A DNA stretch of 41,421 nucleotides from Hydrurus foetidus (GCA_900617105.1 UYFQ01000855.1:1-41421); one strand, 5' to 3'. Counted from the first letter of the stretch, positions 22,226-37,125 are shown. Made by a program: numbers and translations. Notes: generated by a model not told the origin, from the sequence alone.

Positions 22226-24657
22226 TCAGGGGTATTGCGAGAAGCGCGGAAATGTCACCTTCGAGTCGCTGCCAGAGGAGGTTCTCATGGCGGCACGGGC
22301 AGCGGCAGCCCTTGTTGCCGGGTTAGACCGCTTGAATGTCGCTTTCGCAAGATGGCTCGCTCTCGTGCTGGCAGCTCTCGTCGAAGTGTCTGCGGCACGA
22401 GCGTTAGCAAGTAAGGTCCTGACGGGGCCGATCTTCTTGGATACGTCAAGAGCAGTCTTCCCGTCCTGTGAATGAGCACGAGAAACTAGTACGTGAGAGC
22501 TGATGGATAAAGAAAATTCCACTACGAGTTGGTTCGGGATAAGCTGCTACCATAGTCCGACTCACATTTCCGCAAGCTTCAACGTTGGCGCCCCTCTCCA
22601 GCAGCAGCATCACCACTGCCACGTGGTCGAAGTGGGAGGCTTTTATGAGTGCAGTCTCGCCGTTCTGCCAAATTTATGAAATCAAGGAGGAAGAAGTGAG
22701 GCAAGCTGCATCATAGCATGGCATGGCAGTGTCTCCCAACATGAAGGACCCAGACACTGTGACTGACTAAACATATTGTCGTGGCCACTAATGCTGATTA
22801 AATGAGGTCTGAAAGTCCCTCAGTGGAGAACATGTGACACAGTAATCAATCGGATAATAAGTGCATGCAGTGGAACATTGTCAGATATGTGTCAATTCAA
22901 GTCAAGTGGCCAGCAATGAAACGTCTCACGAAAAAGGTGGATGTATTCACTTTCTGTAAAATCAGACATTATGTCTTACATTGTTAGAGGCCTCTATGTC
23001 TGCTCCTCGATCTAGTAGAGTGGTAGCCACCTCCAACTGCCCATAATACGCAGCCATGACGAGAGCTGTGCCACCCCCCTAAAATCACAAGGAGAGAGAA
23101 TAAAAAGTAGAAAAATTATTTGAACAGAAAAGTTTGACGATGCAGTCCTTTCATTTCTTCTTCGTCGTGAAACAGATGCTATGGTTGTTGCTTTAGACTC
23201 TCGCAGCGCGGATAACGAGAGACGCGGTGAAGATGCGGAGTGTGTAGTATGTCTTACGTGTTGAGGAGCAGACTCTATGTCGGACCCCTTATCCAGCAGC
23301 AGCCTCACTGCCTCAGCATGACCCTTGGTGGCGGCCTCCATCAGAGCGGAGTAACCGGCCTGTAACAGCGATGTCGAGGTGAGATAAATGACTAACAGAC
23401 AGGTCACGGTGGATTGCAGCACATTCGACAGATGATGCACTTCGGCAGGGCACTTCACAAATAGCACATTGTTCAGTGTCTGGCATATATGGGCCAATTT
23501 GCGACGCATTGCTCGCTATCGTTACTCAGCAAACTTCCAGACACATAGGCGGGGAGGGCAGGTCTCAGCCTTCAAGCTCAACAGTCCTCCCCACAGAAGG
23601 CACTGAGTACTGTCCCTCCATGACCATGCTGCTAGAATATAAGCAGTAATGAAATTACTCACATTATCAAGCGCATCTTTATTCGCTCCTTTCTCGAGTA
23701 ACTTCGCGACAATGCCCGAGCGCCCAAAGTGTGCCGCTTTTATGAGTGCAGTGGAACCATCCTATGCGTCACGACAATCAGAATCATCATGAGATGGTAA
23801 TGCGACTAAGGCTTTGTCATAGCCAGCGCTAACAATGTTCCTGGAATAGCACTGGCTGTATTTGAGTGTATTCGTTTTCTGTGAAGTAAATTAACGTGCT
23901 TTACAGCTCCTAATGAAGATCAAATACATCGCGCTAAATTGAAATTACGAGAATGTGCTGTGACTAGATTTGTTCACGACAGACCTTTGACACTGCATCG
24001 ATGTCTGCCCCCTTCTCTACTAGTAGCGCTACTGCATTAACGTGATCACCATATGTGGCTTTGAATAGGGCTGTTTGACCGCCCTGAGAGGAATCAGGGG
24101 TAATGTGCAGGCAGTAAAGAAGAAGGCATCTTGTGACTTATGCTTTCAATGAAGTACTGGATTCTAGTGACTTGCCATGCATTCGACGTGAAATAGTGGG
24201 TTGCACGGTAAACTGGAGTATACGGTCAGACGTGTGCAATTTAGAAAATCGGTGATATGAACAGTTTAAACGCATTGAAGAAAACTGTCGGATTGCTTTT
24301 CAAGCGATGAATTATCATCGGGCGATGGTCAGCAAGTTACTTTAGATTGATTGTGGAAAAGTGTGTTACTTCGAGAAATTCTAATCGGTAAGACACTAAC
24401 CGGATCCCGGAAATTGATTTGAATACCGTCTTGTAAGCTTCCAAGAATTTCCGATAGATCTCCACACTCCGCTGCGCTAAGCAGTCGGCCACCCTGCGGG
24501 AAGAATTGTAAGAGTATCAGCAACGACTTCAACAGAAAAACGAATTGATTGTAAATTTGGTGACCCGCCGGAAAAATTAGAAGACAGTCAGTGAAGTATA
24601 CTTCAGTGCTTCTGGTGCTGTCGGAAGCGACAGATGCAGCAAAAGTAGTCTTACCAT
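22226..24657 (-). CDS. Ankyrin-repeat protein, about one repeat per exon
   Basis: Exons: ATG 24657-24655, 24493-24401, 24083-23985, 23761-23663, 23359-23258, 23078-22980, 22664-22566, 22465-22226. All introns are phase-0 GT-AG. Repeats read G.TAL..A...G....V..LL(E/D)(K/R)GA(D/N). The 3' end may splice further. Confidence 0.85.
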
Positions 24658-25007
24658 CGGCTAGAAGTATTTGGTCGTCGGGTTTGAAGGGCAGACAAGA
24701 AACTTGTACTGGAGGAGGGAAACTAGATACACAGCCTTTAATCTAAAATTGGCTATTATTAATACTTCATAGAATGCTGGCGCTGGGTTTGCTGTAAGTT
24801 TCGCGTTGGCGATTAGACAAACTTTCGCGCTTCAATGCAATTGAGCTGACTACAGTACCAGAGAAAGAGTCTCCACGTGGGTTGTACGTAGGCGGGCAGA
24901 CAAATATTAAAAACAGTCCACTGAATGGCATCTTCGGTAATATTTTGATCACTGATCGATCAGATCAAAATTTTAGTGACGAAAGTTTAAAATTTGGACC
25001 TCCTCGA

Positions 25008-25214
25008 TTTTGGAGATAATATCGTAGTTTATGACACGGACACAATCAGTGTACTTATGCACTCGTACGGTCGTACGGATTAATTTGTGTGTGTGTGTGT
25101 GTGTGTGCGTACATGTGTGACGACGATGAATGGACCCGTGCATCGTCTCTGTACTTCAAGCGTAGTGTAGAATGTATTTTGTTGTTGCGTTGAAAGGGAC
25201 TCGGGGACTTCAGC
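25008..25214 (+). repeat. Copia-2 5' LTR, upstream piece (contains a (TG)n tract)
   Basis: Near-identical to 35481-35684. Confidence 0.95.
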
Positions 25215-25361
25215 GGGAGCAGGTATCCAGGCCAACGAACGAGGCCAAAAGCCAGGCCAGAGATAGTACAGCATTCACATTTCCCACATCCATCACTTCA
25301 CTTGTTCATCTCAGTCTTCAGTCTAATTATCTTTCCAATAAATCAGCAAATTATTTCGACT

Positions 25362-28300
25362 ATGGAAGAATCCGATATGATTCCAGTGGACAAGACTTTC
25401 ACTAGTCCGCCAGTGGAGGACCCTATCGCAAGTTTGCCACCTTTTGAGGAGGCCAGAAAAAGAATCAATCTCGCTTTGAGAGACGTGAAACAAAATAATG
25501 TCCCGCTTGAACGATTTCCCTGCCCGATTTTCCATGGGTGTCGACTGAGTTCTGTTGGTGCTGCCAATTTTAAGACAGTGGAAACTTTGTTTTTGCATCT
25601 ATGTAGCGTGCAGGACCAGAGGAGATGGTCATCGAAAAGTGGATATATTACTTCTAGAGGCATCAGAGCACACAGAGGTGTCTGTTCGAGATCAGGAACG
25701 CAAAAGCACAATCTGATGCATCGCAATTTGAGAACTTCACCTAAATGCAAGTGTATGGCCTCATTTACGCTTTTTGATGACGGCAGCGTGGTCTTCAAAA
25801 ATGAACACAATGAGCTTTGCCTACCAGATCCAAATATGGGTAATGATGGCTATGTCTTTAGTGCAGGGCTATCACCAACGAAAAAGCAAGCAATCATTGC
25901 TAATATCTCAGACATGCTGAGTGACTACGGCACAACACCTGCTGCTGCAAGGAAACAAATAGAACATTCTTTGGTGAAAAGTGGTGACACTGGATTCGGC
26001 TTAGGTAAATTTTTTATGATCAACCACCATATATGTACTTCAACATTTAACTAATCAGCACAGCTATTGGCACTTTCAGGTCAACTGTGTGCGCCTCCGA
26101 CGTCGTTTTCCAAAAGTATTATCCTCAGCGCGAAGAAGTCCACTGGATTTATTTGTGGGTCCAATGTAGACTCTTTGAATGAGTTCCTACAAAATTTAAT
26201 TGATGAAGAATTGCCCCACAGAATACTTCACGATAACGACAACGACGTCATCAAGGCTGTAAGCTTCCATGATCCGAAATGGCTCCCTGAAAAGGCAATA
26301 AACAATCAACTACAGTTCAATGTCGCTGTGTCTGATGTCACTTTCGGTATAACATCACCTAGAAGTGGCATCAGCAAATGGTCCTTTATAACACTTCTCA
26401 CTCCTGGTCACGAAGCTTTCGTTGTAGTAGCTTCAGCTATAACTCAAGAAGACACAATGACTTTTATGAATGAGATGGACGTGTTGCTGGACCTTTATCC
26501 AAACTTGAAGTATGACAGCTGGGTTCTCATAGTCGATGGGGATCCTGCGAAGTTTAAAGCGGCAAGAATCAAATTTGAGAGGGTCCGTATCATCCTCTGT
26601 TTGTATCACGCAACAGAGAATATCAAAAAGCACCTTGGTCACCTGTGTCTCACATTGAAGACTGAAACTCCAGGCAAGTTACCTTGGTCACCTGCAACTC
26701 ACATCAGTTGAGATGGCAGCTTCTCTAATAAGTTTTGTCCCTGCTTTCATTGTCAGGCATTCCCCTAATCAAGAGCCGCTGGATTCAATGCGATTTATGC
26801 TCGAAGTGGCGCAAAATATGCAACGAAAAAGAATTTCCTGAAACGTTTGTTTGCAACTCTGATGGTCAAGATGCTCCGTATAATGTTTGCGATGCAGATG
26901 TGGAGGAAGGACTTCCGAAGTTGTTCGAGGCGGGTCAGGATAACTTAGATGATGAGGTAATTAAGATTGAATGTGACATGCTTGTCCAATTGCGCTATTA
27001 ATTGTGCTACACATGGATGCTTTGAAACCAATTACAACTCTAACTTGCCATCACATCCGATAGGATTGTCTATTACTCACCAGACTAAGCACAGAGCTTA
27101 CATCTATAACATGGTACACTATTTGGAAGTACATACGGACTGCATCTAATTACTTTTGAAATTTCCAAAGTCAAAAACATATTTGGACTTTCTATGGCGA
27201 AACGTTTCAACCTGGGCAACGTGTGCATTCACGTGGGAACTTGATTATGGATTTCAAGCGAGTTCTATGTAAGAGGGTATGATAGAATTTCACTAATACT
27301 ATGATTGTTATGCCACTTGTCATCTCCACCATTGCTGTCAGAACACTGTTATGTAATTGTAACGATTATCTTGGATGAACTTTTTACATATTACTTACGA
27401 AATGATTTATAATGTTGTAGGAATACACTCAACCCTCAAGCTCAACCTGAGAAATGTTCTCATTCCGCTCCACAAGACGATTCCATTTTTTAGGGAATCG
27501 TTGACAAGGCGTAAATTGAATGTCGACAGAAAAAATTCCGGTGCATCAGTGAAATCACTACTAGAATTGGCTAGTAAGGCAGGATTTACGAGTTTCTCCA
27601 AGATTTTGACGTCCTCGCTGACAGACGAGGGGATCAAGCTCACGTTGGATCAATTTCACAAAGGTATCTGTTACAGAGTAGAGAAATTAGCAGATTCTTC
27701 TGCCATCGATGAGTGCCTACAGACCATCTTACTGAGGAGAGGACCTTCATCTGAAAGGTTTCGCTGTTTAATTACCGTAGTGGTTGACAGCAACAGCGGA
27801 GAGAGGAAATTCGTGGAAGGTGACTATTATAAAGTTAAATCGCGCTCAATCAATGGATCAACGGATATCGTTCTCATCAGCTCCGGGGGTAATATTGCAT
27901 GCACTTCACCTTCCTACGCAAGATGGGGCATCCCGAGCAAGCATATTTTTGCTGTCTTCTATGATGGCGGTATCTGCATAAATATGAAGCAGCATTTTCA
28001 CCCTGTATATCATCTACCATTTATGAACGGTATCGCTGTCGACTTCGTAGCTGACTTCACAGCTACAGCTGATATTCAAAACGGTCAAGCATTCTCGACT
28101 GACTCCACAACTTCTTGGAATTGGGCCCAACAAACATCCTCAGATTCTTGGGAGTTAATTGGCTTAGGGGGAGCTGAATTTAGTTCAGTGGCTCATCCAA
28201 CTGCCAGATCCATAAGTAAGGCACCAGAGAGCAGCATTGAAAGGACAAAGAAGACTATCAATTACCTAGTCCCGTACATAAACAACAGTTTGGAAGAGAG

Positions 28301-28610
28301 AAAGGTGTTTTTCCTATATTACGAAGGAGTGCTGAAAAGGTATGATCATTTGACAGCAACGCATTTTAAGGACATCGACTCTTTCTCTCACCAGCGATTC
28401 TTTAACATGTTCAGGAATGCCGAGAGAGCTGTGATGGAATCAAATGCTCATCGCAGAAGTCTAGGAATGGATGCTCTCGATCCAACACTTTCTGCTGAAA
28501 CCCAACCGATTGTTCCGGCATTGTCTACGTTGACCGTTGGAAGAGGCAAGAAACGTCTCAAACCAGCTGTCGAAGCCCGCAAAAAAAGAGTCATGAAGAT
28601 CTGTAAATAA
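25362..28610 (+). pseudogene. MULE transposase with FAR1/WRKY-like DNA-binding domain, embedded zf-CW and degenerate SWIM; disrupted
   Basis: Exons 25362-26004, 26080-26673, 26757-26956, 27064-27276, 27421-28610 (possible extra in-frame intron 28340-28414). Motifs CSRSG...KCKCMASF...EHNE, SDVTF, VDGD, CLYH, SSM*EGIHSTLK. Frameshift near 27150 and TAA at 27270-27272. Confidence 0.85.
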
Positions 28611-28689
28611 GTGCTTGTGTAAAACCTATTTTTAATTTAACGAAGAAATTCATGTGAGCTTACTGCAAGAGAATCTTTTAATCATGTAC

Positions 28690-30050
<1,361 letters not shown>

Positions 30051-30757
30051 ATGCGGTTGGGGATTTATTAAGTGTAGGAATGCAACATCACAGAATTCCC
30101 TCTAATATATTAGCTAATCCAATATATAAGGTGGATTGCAAGCAAAGAAAATGCCATGAAATGTAAGGAGTCTTGAAAAATCACTACGAAATTCAGTTCA
30201 GATTGATTTTAGCAGATCAGATGAAGAGGAAACTCTTAAAGTCACAACATTCCATCGCTCGCAGAATGCTAGCTGCCCACTCTAATTATCACGAATAATG
30301 ACAGGCAAAACAGTCGATCAAGTTAGTGAGAAAATAAAGCGACCACGAGGACATTCTAAATAAATGCCAACCTTCCATGCAAGATCAGCGACTGGATTCT
30401 TCTTGACAATAGTCCTCAAGAGCTTCATCCTGGTAAAAGAGAGAGAACTCGATGGATGAGAGTGCAAGCTATGATAATCAAAATCCATTAAATCTTGTAC
30501 CTTTGCTTCTGAGGGGGAAAGAATCATCGAATCGCAAAAAGAACTGCCACCAAAGCCACCTGATAGAGCGAGCCATCCTGGAGAGGACGTGATGCTGCCA
30601 AGCTTCACAGCCTTTGAATTAGTTGTGTTCTATCGATAAAGGAACTATCGTCGAGTGAGATCAAGGGATGAGGATTACTGCCACTGAATGCTGCACTATC
30701 TCTGGCCTGGCTTTTGGCCTCGTTCGTTGGCCTGGATACCTGCTCCCGGGTTTCAGC

Positions 30758-30823
30758 AGGGATGAAGCACAGTCAATTAACAAGTGTTTACTGCCATTCC
30801 AGAGCTTATTTCACGAGTCCTGA
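30758..30823 (+). repeat. Copia-2 5' LTR, downstream piece, truncated
   Basis: Matches 35685-35750, then jumps straight into gag coding sequence. Confidence 0.92.
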
Positions 30824-33800
30824 ACTATACGGGATAGTTGGCATGTTCTTCACCACAAATGTGAGATACGAGCTTCCGAGAGTTTCTTACAGGGATTACC
30901 CTGCAGACTCGTCATTGGAAAGCTCCAGTTCCGAAGAAGATGACGAGATAGTCGAAGGTCAACAGGAACAACCGCCTGACCCAGAGACCGTGGCGTACGC
31001 CGCCGCGAGGCCTGCTCGCATCGCCGCCAGACAGGCGAGGAACGAGAGGAGGCGTAAAGCGTCAGAACGCTCTAGAGCAAAATTTAAAAAAGATGATTAC
31101 ATACAGAGAAAGAGGGATATCAAAACGCAGAAAGAGAACGAACGTACAATGTACCCGATGATGTGGAAGCGCATGTCGCTGCTATCACAAAGTAGGGTGC
31201 GGGAAGAGGAAAATTTCAAGACCGCATATGACACCCTGGACTGTGTCATGCTGTGGACACTCATAAGAAGGACTCACCTCACACACATGTACGGGGGCGA
31301 TGAGACACTGCAGGAGTACAACCAACACGAACAGGAGAGTAAGTACAGCTCAATGAGGCAAGGTGAGAGAGAGCGCATTGTCACCTTCAAGAACAGATTC
31401 GATGAACAGGTGACCGCGAACGCTGCTGTCGGAATCGCCGCGGTGACAGAGTCGAAGCGAGCATTGGATTTCCTAGGGAAGCTCGACACTCGAAGGTACA
31501 AGGTCATGCTAGACGACATGAAGCACGACGCCCTACGACGCAAACCAGGGGCGTTCCCAACCACGCTCGCCCTAGCCTTCCACATCGCCTCAGAGTGGAA
31601 TGACCGAGTCCCTGCATCCACACCCACACCAACACCGGCGGGTGCGAACGCAGCGTACGTGACTGAGGGAGTCCACGTCACAGCGGCCAAGGACCCGGAA
31701 AAGAAAGCGGGGAAAGCCGGAGGTGGCAGCAAGAAATCCTTAGCAGACGTGGGGTGTAGCTCTTGTCACTGCTGATGAAATATGCTGCTTCTCCAGATTC
31801 GATGTGCTGTTAGACAACGAGGACTCGCTCAACATATTCAATAACGCTGAACTACTTACTGACCTGAGGAAGTCGCAGTCGACAATTCGAGTGAGCGGTA
31901 TCCAGCAAGGAGGAGGAGTGAGCGTAGATCGGGAAGGGGAGTTCGGAGAGTTTGGCACGGTGTACTACAGTAGTTCGGCATCGGCAAACATCCTGTCTTT
32001 CGCGTCGCAGGTCGACTCAGGTGCGTCGATCAGATATGACCACCTGAGCGACTGCTTCACTCTGAGGCCGAAGAGCAGCACGAGGATCTATCGGTTCGGG
32101 AGAAAGCGAGTCATAGGAAGCGAGGGGAGGTTCTACTCGTGCGACTGGAGAGATGTCGAGCACGACAAAGCGTTAGTAACTACGGTTGTTGAGAATCTGA
32201 AAGCATTTACGAAACGAGAGATCGAGCAGGCGAGACGAGCTCGTGAGCTGCTCGCTAGGATGGGCTTCCCGACGGTGGAACAGGCGATGTCGATCGTGAA
32301 CAGCGGAAGTAGTTTCGACATTACGGCGAGAGATTTCCAGATCGCTGATGCGATATGGGGCAAAGATATAGCCTCTATAAAAGGGGAAACAGTAAAGAGA
32401 GCTACTGCTATCGCTGATATTACAGTCAGCACGAAATTAATGCAAAGGGATCAGGTGCTGTCTATCGACATTATGTTTATAGACAAACTAGCGATACTAG
32501 TTGGGGTATCTACACCACTGGGACTAACTATTGCATATAGCCTAAACACAGCAGATCTTACAAAGCCAGCAAGGACAGCAGCCCAAGTGAAGATCGGGAT
32601 AAACCATTTTATCGCGGTCCTCGCTGCACAAAACTTCAGGACCTCCATAATCATGAGCGACGGGGAGGGGGCTGTCAAGAGCCTCATTGACGAGCTGGGA
32701 AGGCTCGGCGTGGAGGTTGACGTGAGTGGAGCCGGCGGCCACGTCGCTAGGATTGAGAGAAAAATTCGCATTGTTAGAGAACGGGTACGATGTCACGTAG
32801 CGTACCACCTTCCGTTCACACTATCGACGGTGGGTATCGCCATGCTCATACTGTACTGTATATCCAGGCTGAACTACGAACCGGCCGGATTACGGGAATG
32901 GGGCCCGAGTCCGCGTGAAGCATACATCGGTAGGAAGCCTGATGGTAAGAGAGACTTTAGATGCTCGTTCGGAGATTATGTGCAATGTACCGTTCCTAAC
33001 ACTGATTCAGGATTCAAGAGCCGAACCGAGGACTGTGTGGTTATGCTCCCCCTCGGAAATCGCACGGGCTCAGTGAGAATGCTTTCGCTCAGCACAGGAA
33101 GACTAGTGAACAGGGACCAATTCAGAGTGCTACCGATGCCAGAGTCCGTTATAAAGAGACTAAATGAACTCGCGCATGCAGATGGTAGAGTGATCTGTAC
33201 GCACGGCCTACGTCGTACGAGCAGTACGGGAACGCTGCCAAGGGGCTGCCTGACACGGTGGAACCCAACGTCAACAACGGTGTGGATCCATCGATAGAAC
33301 CTCTAGATGACGACCGTGAGACTAGAAACGAAGAGGTAGACAACGGTGACCAGCATCAAGACAGTGGAGGAGAATTGGGTGAACAACAGTACGACAACAG
33401 CGAAGCACCGAACGAAGTAGACCCGAGGGACAACAGTGAACCATATGAGGAAGCGGTACAGGCCGAACAACCTGAAGAGCACGACAATGATATAGATGAT
33501 CTGGTCGATAGTATGAACCGGATGCGAGCTGGACCGAGGGACCAAGTTGAAGATCCCACGGGGGGACTAGATGAGAGGGGTATACCGGAGGACTACACAT
33601 CGACAGACGGGACACGAGACGAGTACAGCGAAGCGAGAGGAGCAGTGAGCCGAGCGACGGAGCTGCTCGCTGCACCTGCACCGCACTACGGGATAAGTAG
33701 ACATGAGGTGATGAACTTCTTTAGGAACGGTGGTGGAACCGCACTTCTAACGCGCAACTACGACGGTGACGGTGCAGACTGGGGAGACTATGTACTGAAC

Positions 33801-35414
33801 ATATCGGTGAACGAAGCGCTGAGGACCAGGGGTGATGCGGCGCTGAGTGTGATTGAAAAAGAGCTAAAGCAGATGATCGATAAGAAGGTGTGGGCACCTG
33901 TCTCTGTGAGCGACCTATCAGCGGAGGAGAAGCACCGAATCATCAGGTCAAGCATGTTCCTGAAGGAGAAATTCCTCGCGAGCGGGGAGTTCGAGAAGCT
34001 TAAGGCGAGGCTGGTCGCCGGAGGGAACCAGCAGGATCGAGATCTATACGATGATCTATCGGCACCGACAGTTGCGACGAGCTCAGTGTTCACACTGCTG
34101 AGCATAGCAGCGCACGAGAATAGGATGATCACAGTGATTGACATCAGCGGCGCATTCCTCAATGCGGACATGGATACGGGACTAGCTGTGCACATGAGGT
34201 TAGATAGGAACATGTCGAACATTATGACTAAATTGGCTCCCCATTACTCGCGCTTCACAGATCATAAGGGGTGCATAGTGGTGAAGCTGGACAAGGCACT
34301 GTATGGGTGTGTGGAGTCGGCTGCACTATGGTATGAGAACCTGAGAGCGAGCCTGTCCGATTTGGGATACTCACCCAATGCACACGACATGTGTGTCTTC
34401 AACAAACACGACGAGTACGGGGTGCAATGCACTATTGCGGTGCACGTAGATGATCTGATGATCACTAGTGCGAACGGTGAAATGATCGAGTCAGTGTCGG
34501 CCGGTCTGATAAAAAGGTATGGAGACATTACGAGGAAAAATGGACCTATTGTGAATTACCTAGGCATGGTGTTCGACCTTACCACTGCAGGCAGAGCGCG
34601 AGTGTCGATGACGGGATACGTGGAGGACATGCTGAGGGAAAGCGGTACAACAGGGGGTGCAAGGACCCCAGCAACGGAGGGGCTGTTCGATGTGAGAGAC
34701 GACAGCGACATGGCGAGTGAGGAGCAGCGGGTACGGTTCCACAGATTGGTGGCGAAAATGCTCTACCTGGCGAAGCGTGCGAGGCCCGACTGTCTGACGG
34801 CGGTGGCATACCTGGCAACACGGGTAACACGGTGCAGCGTGGACGACCTTGGGAAGCTTGAGCGTCTGTTGAAGTATGTGAACAACACGAAGGATAGAGG
34901 TATAGTGTTCGAGGCAGGTGCGAAGGGAATCGTCGTGAGTGTTCTCATCGATGCGGCGTACGGAGTACATCCGGACGGGCGGTCGCACACAGGGAGCTGC
35001 GTGGTGATCGGAACAAGGGGTGCGGTGCATAGCAAATCAGCGAAGCAGCAGATCGTCACCAAGTCGAGTACGGAGGCGGAGCTCGTTGCATTATCTGACT
35101 CAACTAACCAAGCGCTTCACATGAGACACTTCATTATAGGACAAGGACACACGTGCGGACCAGTGACAGTGTACCAAGACAACATGTCATGCATGTCACT
35201 GATCGAGAGAGGGCGGTCAGCGGCGGAGCGGACGCGCCATATCGCCATCAGATACTTTTGGCTCAAGGAAAGAGTGGATCAAGGAGAAGCGAGAGTGCGA
35301 CACCTGGGGACCAAGGAGATGTACGCGAACCTTCTGACGAAGCCGCTACAAGATGCACAGTTCAACTGCGAGAGACAAGGGCTTACGGGATGGGATGCAA
35401 CGACAGTAGTTTAG
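30824..35414 (+). pseudogene. Copia-2 gag-pol, 5'-truncated with two frameshifts
   Basis: gag to ...KKSLADV, frameshift near 31750 with no zinc knuckle, then PR (VLLDNEDSLNIF) and INT (SIDIMF, SDGEG, IERKIR). Second frameshift near 33190, then RT (KLKARLVAGG, DISGAFL, LYGCVES, HVDDL) and RH (IDAAY, KSSTEAEL, ANLLTKPL). Confidence 0.92.
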
Positions 35415-35480
35415 TTGAATTATTACGACAGCATATGCGTGATGTGTGAATAGAAATGATTGTGATGTGGCGTAGGGGTG

Positions 35481-35817
35481 TGTTGGAGATATCGTAGTTT
35501 ATGACACGGACACAATCAGTGTACTTATGCACTCGTACGGTCGTACGGATTAATTTGTGTGTGTGTGTGTGTGTGTGCGTACATGTGTGACGACGATGAA
35601 TGGACCCGTGCATCGTCTCTGTACTTCAAGCGTAGTGTAGAATGTCTTTTGTTGTTGCGTTGAAAGGGACTCGGGGACTTCAGCAGGGATGAAGCACAGT
35701 CAATTAACAAGTGTTTACTGCCATTCCAGAGCTTATTTCACGAGTCCTGATCGAGTGACCTTCAACCACAGTACAGCGAGAGGCGTACGTGTGGGCCAAA
35801 CCGAAGATCCGTCAACA
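35481..35817 (+). repeat. Copia-2 3' LTR (337 bp)
   Basis: TGTTGG...GTCAACA, preceded by PPT and followed by TSD CTCGA. Confidence 0.95.
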
Positions 35818-36189
35818 CTCGAGTCAGCCGGAGCTAAAATTGGGCTTCGGTAAATGTACCGGAGCTGAATTGGCATTTACCGGTCATACCGGCCGGTAAA
35901 TCCGAAACCGTGTAAGAAAGAGCACTATACCCGACAATCCAGCCATTGTACTCAATGCTGATACTCAACACTTCGACTATCAAACACGCAAGCACAATTA
36001 GATAGCGCCAATGAGTCGTTACTCAACTTCCGGCCCCTGGAGTGACCAGACGATCAGATACGGCTTGAATCTTCTGCAATTTCTAATTGCATTCCACGAG
36101 ATCTGCCAAGCACATCTTCATATTATCGAACTGTCACTTCAACGTCTTTATTTCTCTCAATGTCACACATATTCAAATCTGACAAAAAC

Positions 36190-37125
36190 TTAACTATACC
36201 ACAGTTGTTATACTGCTGATATGCACATATTTTCGAGTAGCAAGTATATAATGGTCCCCATATTAATAGAGGGATACTTTTAGGCTTTCGAGCTGTTCCC
36301 TCTCTTTTAATAATTCGATCCTCATTTACTTTTCCTTCATTTAATGCTGTTTCTTGTTTTGTGTGCGACATCATAATATTCGTTTTCTCTTGCATTTCAA
36401 TACGTCATAGTAACATTTGATAGACTGACTTTTCACGTGTACCTGATGATGGTAGGAGTATGTTCCATCATAATTATGAATATAAATTTTAGACGATGCG
36501 AAAGTGTCTAGTTTACAGATGTCATGAAAGAAATCACGCGCAACGCTGAGATCCAACTTATCATCTCTTATTTCTCTATCTTTCGGTGACAAGACTGTGT
36601 GGTTTTTTTTTTGCATTTCTTTACTGATGCATTAATTCCTTCCGACTCCATTACATTATTGGACACTTTATCAATACTCCATTCATCTGATGACTACAAC
36701 TTTTCTAAAGGATAATCAGATATTTTTTATTTTCTTCTTTCTCAATTATGCCATTAAATAATTCCCTTTTCACTTTTCCACTTACTATTCTTCTTGTCGA
36801 TACATTAAGTAGTTTTGCTAATTCTACATTATTTGAGTTGACATCTAGTACGGCAGTAAGAACACTTTTGACTGTGCTTCCCACGGGTTTAAATTTCCCT
36901 CCATATACGCGTAGACCAGTGGAATATATTCTTTAAGAGTTCACTATACTAAGATTCGTTTCGTTATTTACTTCACTACAATCTTTAAACTCGTAACAAC
37001 TTTTCAATTTGTTAATCACACCTTCTACAATTTGAGCTCTCTCTTAGATTAAAAAAACTACTTTGAAAACCACTTCGAATCTTTTTGCAATAGTCCATTA
37101 GAGTTTTGTAGATCGATATATCCAT
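36190..37125 (-). pseudogene. Degenerate AT-rich coding relic, possibly a DNA-transposase N-terminal fragment
   Basis: Successive minus-strand reading segments broken by stops and frameshifts (ELAKLLNVSTRRI; SPKDREIRDDKLDLSVARDFFHDIC). No catalytic motif seen. Confidence 0.3.

Noticed and set aside
30318..30608. Second (mudrB-like) gene on the minus strand of the MULE
   Set aside because: Intron-like signals exist, but I could not build a coherent ORF or recognise a domain.
35825..35912. CCGG-rich repeats and a small hairpin (TTTACCGG...CCGGTAAA) as a transposon end
   Set aside because: No matching opposite end or TSD found in the window.
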